From: Octopus vulgaris
Lineage: Eukaryota
DNA: 64,000 nt
Direction of reading: 5' to 3'
Assembly: GCA_951406725.2 (NCBI GenBank)
Contig: OX597828.1
Span: forward strand, 19,530,001 to 19,594,000
Shown: positions 55,605-64,000 of the stretch, piece after piece
Position numbering within the stretch: position 1 is the stretch's first letter
How the letters are laid out: each line of letters begins with the position of its first letter
The notes under the pieces: model-generated
Database searches by the model: none
What the model was told of the DNA's origin: nothing
What the model saw: the letters and a program-made list of their open reading frames with translations, nothing else
Translations under genes and position numbers: made by a program

Positions 55605-55830
55605 AAACACTGTCCTTAACAGTATTTTCAGATCCTAACATTGTTATTTTCTGGAATGTGTCTATATCTATATTTATTGGAAATCTGCCAATTTATTTAC
55701 GTAAGTGATTGCCTAGCCTTCCAGTTGTACCTGCTACAAATTGGTATGGTTGATACATTCTTCAACTGCCGCAATGACATTAATTCAACAGTAAGGTCGG
55801 TGTAATTCTTCGGTTTTCTTCTGCTCGCTT
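55605..55830 (-). pseudogene. Old R4/Dong-like REL C-terminus relic
   Basis: KNYTDLTVELMSLRQLKNVSTIPI.AGTTG...QKITMLGS..LRTV parallels KYKDLEIEVTRMWNLKTETIPIIVGALG...QKIALLGT..LRRTL. Confidence 0.55.
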
Positions 55831-55990
55831 CAAAAGAAGAGCCAGTAGCTGGCTGCAAATGATTGTTGCTAGGTAACGTATCAGGCTTTCGTTAATTTCT
55901 TTAGATACCTGTGTTAGTCGCGAGTAGACATGGACATCCTTTTGATTCTCCTATCATTTGATCCGGTGACACATTCTGAATATGTCGGCT

Positions 55991-56234
55991 GGAGAGAGAG
56001 AGAGGGGGGGAGAGTGGAGGAGAGAGAGTGGGGAGAGAGAGTGGGGGAGAGAGAGTGGGGAGAGAGAGTGGGGGAGAGAGAGTGGGGAGAGAGAGCGGAG
56101 AGAGAGAGAGTGGGGGAGAGAGAGTGGGGGAGAGAGAGTGGGGAGAGAGAGTGAGGGAGAAAGAGTAGGAGAGAGTGAGAGTGAGAATTAGAAAGATAGA
56201 GAGGGAGAGAAAAATGAGAAAGGGAAAGGGTAAG

Positions 56235-56271
<37 letters not shown>

Positions 56272-56525
56272 CGGAGAGTGAGATAATTAGAAAGAGAGAG
56301 AGAGTGAGAGAGAAAATGAATGAGAGTGAGAGAAGGTCAGAGGAAGAGACAGAGAGAGGCAGAGAGAGCGGCAGAGAAAGAGAGGCACCGAGACAGACAG
56401 ACAGAGAAAGAGGCGGAGAGAGAGAATTAGGGAGAAAGAGAATGGGAGAGAGAGATTCCGAACAGAGCGTGAAAGCGAGAAACAGACTGAGTGAGGGAAT
56501 TAAAGAGAGAGAGAGAGAGAGAGGA
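55991..56525 (+). repeat. Purine-rich tract, (GAGAGAGTGGGG)n decaying into (GA)n
   Basis: 12-13-mer periodicity at 56010-56155. Confidence 0.9.
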
Positions 56526-56755
56526 CTTGCATGAGCATTCGGTTGGAAGTTACGTTCAAATGAATAGACTAGAGCAACGAAAACTGAAATGCTTTGCTCA
56601 AGGACGAAACACGTCACCCGGAGGAGGAATTGAACCCACAACATCATGACTGCGTGTCGAACACCTTAACCACTAGGCCACAGTATTGTAGTCACATGGT
56701 TTTATATGTCGATAAAAAGCACACTATTATAATGTGTAATATCTTGGTAGACCGT

Positions 56756-57030
56756 AAGGCGGCGAACTGGCAGAAATATTAGCACGCCGGGCGAAATGCT
56801 TAGTGGTAACTCGTCTGTCTTTACGTTCTGAGTTCAAATTCCAACGAGGTCGACTTTGCCTTTCATCCTTTCGGGGTCGATTAAATAAGTACCAGTTATG
56901 CACTGGGGTCGATATAATCGACTTAATCGACTTAATCCGTTTGTTTGTCCTTGTTTGTCCTCTCTGTGTTTAGCCCCTTGTGAGTAGTAAAGAAATAGGG
57001 AACTCGCCTGTCTTTACGTTCTGAGTTCAT
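56756..57030 (+). mobile_element. Family-B SINE with a partial second unit
   Basis: Full unit followed by a restart at 56999. Confidence 0.85.
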
Positions 57031-57548
57031 TTGTAATACATTCACAAAGCTTTGGTCGGCTCGAAGCTATAGTAGACAGTTGCCCAGGGTGTCACGCAAA
57101 CGAACTGAATCCGAAACTATGTGGTTTCGAAGCAAACTTCTAACCACACTGCCACGCCTATCTGTTACTTTATTTCGTAGACCATGAAAGAAGGTTGCAT
57201 AACACCAGAACACTAGTAAGATACTGTCTTAAAAACACGATTCTACCCATTTAATTCCTTCCCCTTAGTCTACAGTCATCTTCAAACGCATAGATACATT
57301 TCCAAGTCAACCAAGGAGATCCTACGCAGCTACTCGATCTGCTAGAAATAGTGTCCTTATTCCGCCGTCACCTGGAAACCGATGTTGCTGTATTTACGTT
57401 CTCGTAACTTAGCGATCAGGCAAAGATCTCGATAGAATAAGCACGTGGCTCACAAAGAATAAGTCCACGGACGGTTTTCTTCAACTAAAAGGCGGTGTTC
57501 CAGCATGGCCACACTCAAATGGCTGAAGCAAGTAACAGACCAAAGGAG

Positions 57549-57600
<52 letters not shown>

Positions 57601-57682
57601 CAATTGCAGCGTGGAAGGTGTTTATAAGCCATTTTAAGAAACACACAAAAACCTTTAGATTCGCTTCAACATTTAAATTTAA

Positions 57683-57733
57683 TTTGCCAAAATATTTTCG
57701 TAGCTTTGAGACCGCGACCTGTTCACTGACAAA
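57683..57733 (-). ncRNA. Minimal HHR motif, G3-C8 core variant
   Basis: tttgtca GTGAACA g GTCGC ggtctcaaa GCTAC GAAA atat TT tggcaaa. Stem I has 7 pairs (1 GU), stem II 4 of 5, and stem III is palindromic AATATT. The tail runs into (TA)n at ~57598. Confidence 0.6.
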
Positions 57734-58622
57734 ATTCCGTGCTGCATTGCAGACTTCAGAACTTTAGACATGGACTTCATAAAGATATCAAATGACAAGA
57801 TATTCAGGGTTAGAACGCTTTTTGATGTTTTCTCTCTTATGCTAACCTGGAGCTAATGACTAATATACTACAAAATGACCACCACAATAGGTGGCCATAA
57901 CATAAGCGTTATAACACTCCAAGCCAACTAAGAATTCTTTATCTGGTCACTCGATGGGGGTAGAAATAGCACCAAAGTCTTCCTCAGAAGGGTTAGCGAT
58001 GAATTCCGTGACGAACATCACATGTTTGCTATAGATATTCGTAGGAATATACGTGGGCAGGTTTCTGTTGCCTTCTTTCGGCATTTTGCTCTCACATAGC
58101 GCCATCTTGTCGGCAGTAGCGATTTCTGAGAAAGTGAGTGCAAAAAAGAATGAAAACGAAGGAATTGGCCCCAAATATTTGGCTCTATTTATAAATACAG
58201 AAATGAGAGAGGGAATAAGTCCACCTTGGAGGATTTGAACTCAGAGTGTAAAGAGTGGAAACAAATGCACCACCACCACTACCACTGCAATTATCCTCAA
58301 ATATACCTTCTTCTTCTTCTTCTTCTTCTTCTTCTTCTTCTTCTTCTTCTTCTTCTTCTTCTTCTTCTTCTTCTTCTTCTTCTTCTTCTTCTCTACATCA
58401 TCATCCTCGTCGTCGTCATCGTCGTCGTCATCATCATCATCATCATCATCATCGCATTCACCACAGTACTTATTCGCGTCGTTATATTTAATGTCTTGTA
58501 ATTTCCGTTTTGTGCACTTAAGTTTTATCACCGCTTCTTGTTCATATCACTCTACATGCATATATACATACATATATATATATATGTATATACCTATATC
58601 TATATATGTACACACATCTACC

Positions 58623-58658
<36 letters not shown>

Positions 58659-58763
58659 TATATACACGCGTAGTATTATGTCATTTTAACCTAGCGGAAC
58701 ATTTCCTGTGTGAAAGACAATTTCCCAGATTTAAAAAATAAATGAATTTTATAGCACATATTA

Positions 58764-58836
<73 letters not shown>

Positions 58837-59253
58837 TTATGTGCGTTCGTACGTATGTATGTAAGTATGCATGTATGTATGTATGCATGTATGTATGTAT
58901 GCATGTATGTATTTAGGTATGTATGTACGTACAAAATTCGTAGTATATTCTTTAAATGGATCTCAGAATTGTTATATATTTAGCTGCATTTCCCAGAAAT
59001 ATGGATTTTCATTAAAAGCATTAAAAAACCATGCGTTTTATGTTTTCATATTTCCGCGTGTTCGTAGAAATCTGTTAATTTTTATAAGGCAATAAGGAAC
59101 TGTTTTAGAAAAAGATATTGGTTGGATTGTTCCCCGAGGCTAAGTTGCTTGTAAGTTTATGGTAGTTAATTATCTCAAGAGCGCTATTTTCGGTAAGTAA
59201 CGCATTCATTTGTTAAATGATGTTTTATTTCTTTGTGTGTCAGATGGAGGCAC

Positions 59254-59313
<60 letters not shown>

Positions 59314-60109
59314 TGTGCGTGTATGTGATGGGTTTGTACATAATTTTCGCCCGCCGGATTGCACACGAAAGAAATTGGAAAACTCGAAGCGAGATATTTT
59401 CCGTGCAGCGGGATTGAACCTAGACTACCGAGACAACCAGACGAACACCATAGAACACAGCTATGCGAATTATTACAAATGCAAAGTTTATAAACTGAAA
59501 ACAGGTTCCGATTGATTGGAAACCGCCACTCTACAATTGAATAACTTCTAACAGGAACAAGTAATCTAAATTTGATTACGGGTTGATGTACGTAACTTGA
59601 GTCTGGTAGCCAGACCAAGTATTCCGTAACGGAGACGGTTAAACGAACACCACATTCTAAAGGATGTTCAACATTACACCTGTTGGACATTACGTTGAAC
59701 GCTACGTTTGTATTTCAGATAATTGGACGCAGTATGGTCGAATGGTTAAGAAGTTTACTTTACAATCACGAACTCCTAATGTCGATCCTATTGTTTGGCA
59801 TTTAAACCTTTTTGCAGAGAAATTGAGCGGCCCGAAGTTATTTGGAAGTTCTTCGGGTGGATTGTAATGCGAAATGCTGATTCTCCCAGACTCTCAGAGT
59901 TGAATTCTAGCTGTGGTGGCATTCAGCCACTTAGACGTTAATTCAACAAAAACGTATTTCAGCTGAAGAACAACTGAATACTCATCGTCGAAATCGATGG
60001 AGATCCATTTAACTTTTTATTTCAGCTAATTAACAGTGCGGCAAACTATGCACAGTTATGTAAATAAGGTTGGGTGTTAAATGGTGCTTATATTATTCTT
60101 AAAATAATG

Positions 60110-60728
60110 AAGGCGGCAAACTGGTTGAAACATTAGCACACCGGGCGAAACGCTTAGCGCTATTTCGTCTGCCGTTAGGTTCTGAGTTCAAATTCCGCCG
60201 AGGTCGGGCTTCCCTTTCATCCTTTCGGGGTCGATAAATTAAGTACCAGTTACGCACTGGGGTCGATGTAATCGACTTAATAACTTTGTCTGTCCTTGTT
60301 TGTCCCCTCTATGCTTAGCTTCTTGTGGGCAATAAAGAAATAAGAATCGTTAGCACGCCGGGCGAAATGCCGTTACGTTCTGAGTTGAAACTCCGCCGAG
60401 GTCGACTTTGCCTTTCATCCTTTCGGGGTCGATAAATTAAGTACCAGTTACGAACTGAGGTCGATATAATCGACTTAATACCTTTGTCTGTCCTTGTTTG
60501 TCCCCTCTATGTTTAGCCCCTTGTGAGCAATAAAGAAATAAGAATCGTTAGCACGGCAGACAAAATGTCTAGCTCATCTTTACGTTCTGAGTTCAAATTC
60601 TGCCTAGGTCGACTCTGCTTTTTATCATTTCGGAGTGGATGAAAAAAGTACCAGTTGAGCACAGAGGTCAACGTAATCGACAAGACCCCGTCCTCAAAAT
60701 TTCAAGCCTTCTGTTTAAAGTAGAAAGG
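60110..60728 (+). mobile_element. Family-B SINE trimer
   Basis: Units restart at agaatcgttagcacg (60343 and 60541). Confidence 0.9.
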
Positions 60729-60844
60729 GTTTTTCTTAAACTAGTATTCTTAAGTTCTCTCAGCGATTAGGAAAAAAAAAAAATCGAATACTGACGACTG
60801 CTTTAAAAAAGGTGAAATAGTTTCTTTAAATCCAGCGATTTTCT

Positions 60845-61142
60845 TCCCTGGTTGCTAACGTTTATTTTTACAAGGAGGTTAAAAATATATCTATTAAAAC
60901 TATATTCTATCTTGATTGTTAAAGTTTTGTTTACATTGCAGTTAAAAATATATTTATTAAATCGATATTCAACTCTGGTTGCTGGGGTATATTTTTACGG
61001 TAAGTTTAAAAATATGTTTTTTAAATCGATATCCTCTTTAAAAGTTTATTTTGACGTTAAGGTTAAAAATATGTCTATTAAATCGATGTTCCCTGGTTGT
61101 TAAGGTATATTTCTTTATAGTGAGATTAAAATATGTTTATAA
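60845..61142 (+). repeat. Degenerate ~59-bp minisatellite, about 5 units
   Basis: Recurring ttaaaaatat(a/g)t..attaaatcgat motif and (c)ctggttg. Confidence 0.8.
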
Positions 61143-61483
61143 AACATTATTGGAATCTTGTTTACAAGTTTAATCTCATGTTGTGTCGATGCTAGACATT
61201 TACTGTTTAGTACGAAATTTTTATGTTGTATTCTTGGAGCTTTCTTTTCAATGAACCACTCACACGTTAATCACTCACTTCCCATAGCAGTAATGACGAG
61301 GGAGTATTTATGAAAGTCAAGAGGGTACTCTCTTTGAAATGTACCAGTTTACCAGTTTATCAGTAATGTATGTATGTATGTATGTATGTATGTATGTATG
61401 TATGTATGTATGTATATATATATATGTATATATATATTTATAAAAAGTGTAGGTGGCATACGAGTGGGTATATATTTATAAAA

Positions 61484-61560
61484 AAGAAGTTTGAAAACGC
61501 CACTATATAAGATAAATCTCTATGAACATTTATCTTATATAGTGGCGTTTTCAAACTTCT

Positions 61561-61561
<1 letters not shown>
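61484..61561. repeat. Perfect hairpin (34-bp arms, 10-nt loop) next to (TA)n
   Basis: aagaagtttgaaaacgccactatataagataaat followed by its exact reverse complement. Confidence 0.95.
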
Positions 61562-61601
<40 letters not shown>

Positions 61602-61716
61602 GTGTGTGTGTGTATGTGTGCATATGTGTGTTACGTATGTATATTTACTGATGCAAACTAATTTCGTATTAGTAAAAGTTGTGATACAACATATTCAAAT
61701 TTAAATTCTTCTTCTT

Positions 61717-61796
<80 letters not shown>

Positions 61797-62840
61797 TTAA
61801 GGTGGTGGTATGCTGGCAGAATCGTGAGCATGCCGGGCAAAAATATCGGTATTTCGCCGATATTTGTCAATAACTATAAGGTAATCACTGTGGAGTTCTG
61901 GTTTTGTCTTTCGACAAGGTATGCAGCTGAAAGACGCAATAATAACGACAAAACCAATTCAAACGAAAGGACTGGTGATATTTAATCCTCCCAAGTTTCG
62001 TAAACACTCCCTTGCCATTCCCTATTATCGAAAAATATTATCAACCAGTGATTGGTTCATCGGAAATCTATAACTTACGAAAATTACGAGCATACAGGAA
62101 GTATAGCAAGTGTACATCAAAAGTAATAATTTTAACTAAACGTAGGCAAACAGCTACGGATAGAAGTACTTATAACAGAAAGTAGACTTGTTCAGAAAGA
62201 GATTCATGAATATCTATATACACTCGACCACATGCATACTTAAATACCATAGCTTCCCATTTTAGAGCGTCCCTTGCTATCTACTACAACCACAAACGCA
62301 GCCACAACGGTAGCAAAGTTTAGTTCTGAGAAACTAAAGCTCAAAGTCCCACATTTAATTAGACTGTAATGTTAAAGAGATTACCCGCCTGAGATGATTA
62401 TACAAAGACAGTACCACAAAACAAAATAGATAAAGTAAACTGACTACGTCAAAGATACGCCAAAGTTCTTCAGATTTTCTGTTTGACATTTTAAGACAGT
62501 AAACTATGAAAGAAAAATGGCGACTGCATTATCAGCGGTTTCTGCTGTTCAATCATTTTTGTTGATGTAATACAAAACTAGCAATTTTATTGGCTGGTTT
62601 AGATCTAGTAATAATCTTGATGCCACAAAACCTACTCGTGATGTATCTGTCACATATTACGCAGAGTACAACGATATAATTGGTTATCAGTCGGAGAAAG
62701 TAGGAAGCGTATACGACTTGTAATGATGTATCACAGAATGAGTTTGCAGCATTCCCGATTCTATCCTTTTGTCTGCCTGTCTGTCTATCTTCGTCAAACT
62801 CAGTTAATTTCATACTCTCACTACCACATATGCATGCATG

Positions 62841-63006
<166 letters not shown>

Positions 63007-63040
63007 GTACACACACACATATATGTATGTATATATATAT

Positions 63041-63091
<51 letters not shown>

Positions 63092-63100
63092 ATATACATG

Positions 63101-63175
<75 letters not shown>

Positions 63176-63178
<3 letters not shown>

Positions 63179-63341
63179 AGTGACTGTGTGGTAAGTAGCT
63201 TGCTTACGAACCACATGGTTCCGGGTTCAGTCCCACTGCGTAGCACTTTGGGCAAGTATCTTCTACTATAGCCTCGGGTCGACCAAAGCCTTGTGAGTGG
63301 ATTTGGTAGACGGAAACTGAAAGAAGCCCATTGTATATATG

Positions 63342-63387
<46 letters not shown>

Positions 63388-63640
63388 TGTGTGTGTGTGT
63401 GTGTGTGCGTGTGCGTGTAAGTTTGTCTGTCTGTGTTTGTCCCCCCAACATCGCTTGACAACTGATGCTTGTGTGTTCACGTCCCCGTAACTCAGCGGTT
63501 CGGCAAAAGAGACCGATAGTATAAGTACTAGGCTTCCAAAGAATATGTCCTGGGGTCGATTTGCTCGACTAAAGGCGGTGCTCCAGCATGGCCGCAGTCA
63601 AATGAGTAAAGAGTATATATACACAAAAGAGTAAAGAGTA
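63176..63640 (+). mobile_element. tRNA-derived SINE, family A
   Basis: Full copy after a long (TA)n. Confidence 0.9.
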
Positions 63641-64000
63641 TATATACACATGCATATCGATTTACTGTGCGTGCATATATGTATATATTATACACACACA
63701 CACACATACATACACATACACATATATATACCTGCATATACATATACATGCTACGTATTTATGTAAATTAGTATTTATATACACACACATAACTGGCACC
63801 CAGTCAGTTACGATAACAAGCGTTCCAGTTGATCAAATCAACTGAACCTGCTCGTATAATTAACGTGACCTCCAGTATCGAACTCAGGGATGTTCAGCGT
63901 GACACAGAATGTGACACAGCTGACCTTTGTGAATTACAGGTATTGCTCATTATTGTCAGCTTAGTGGTCTGGAGCAACATCAAAAGAAAGTGTCTTGCTT

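Noticed and set aside
55991-56160. G-quadruplex or telomere-like function of (GAGAGAGTGGGG)n
   Set aside because: It is not TTAGGG and is explained by a mutated GA microsatellite. There is no evidence of function.
57947-58174. AAGATGGCG (YY1/Kozak-like) start and short ORF as a host first exon
   Set aside because: No splice donor before the stop. The downstream peptide (..GGHFVVY) looks more like a decayed LINE endonuclease, but too weakly to call.

Overview
AT-rich, repeat-saturated eukaryotic DNA, most likely intergenic or intronic sequence from a cephalopod (Octopus-like). That assignment is inferred from the microsatellite density and the tRNA-derived SINE families. I found no host protein-coding gene, and almost every ORF in the supplied track is a microsatellite artefact. 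The window holds three tRNA-derived SINE families, two or three decayed mariners, pogo/Tigger-like and hAT-like MITEs, a non-autonomous Helitron and a hAT transposase relic. It also holds R4/Dong-like non-LTR 3' ends in (AAT)n tracts and a 4.3-kb L1/Tx1-like LINE with an internal duplication. The most interesting signal is a set of about 13 fold-back (inverted-repeat) inserts, mostly next to (TA)n or (CA)n tracts, and about 12 minimal hammerhead-ribozyme (HHR) motifs from several sequence families. These resemble the termini (pLTRs) of Penelope-like elements (PLEs). The HHR cores include canonical C3-G8, the compensatory U3-A8 and G3-C8 swaps, and recurrent U4C and A6U variants. In every fold-back where an HHR can be read, it points outward from the centre. 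All structures were read by eye, and no folding, alignment or database search was run.
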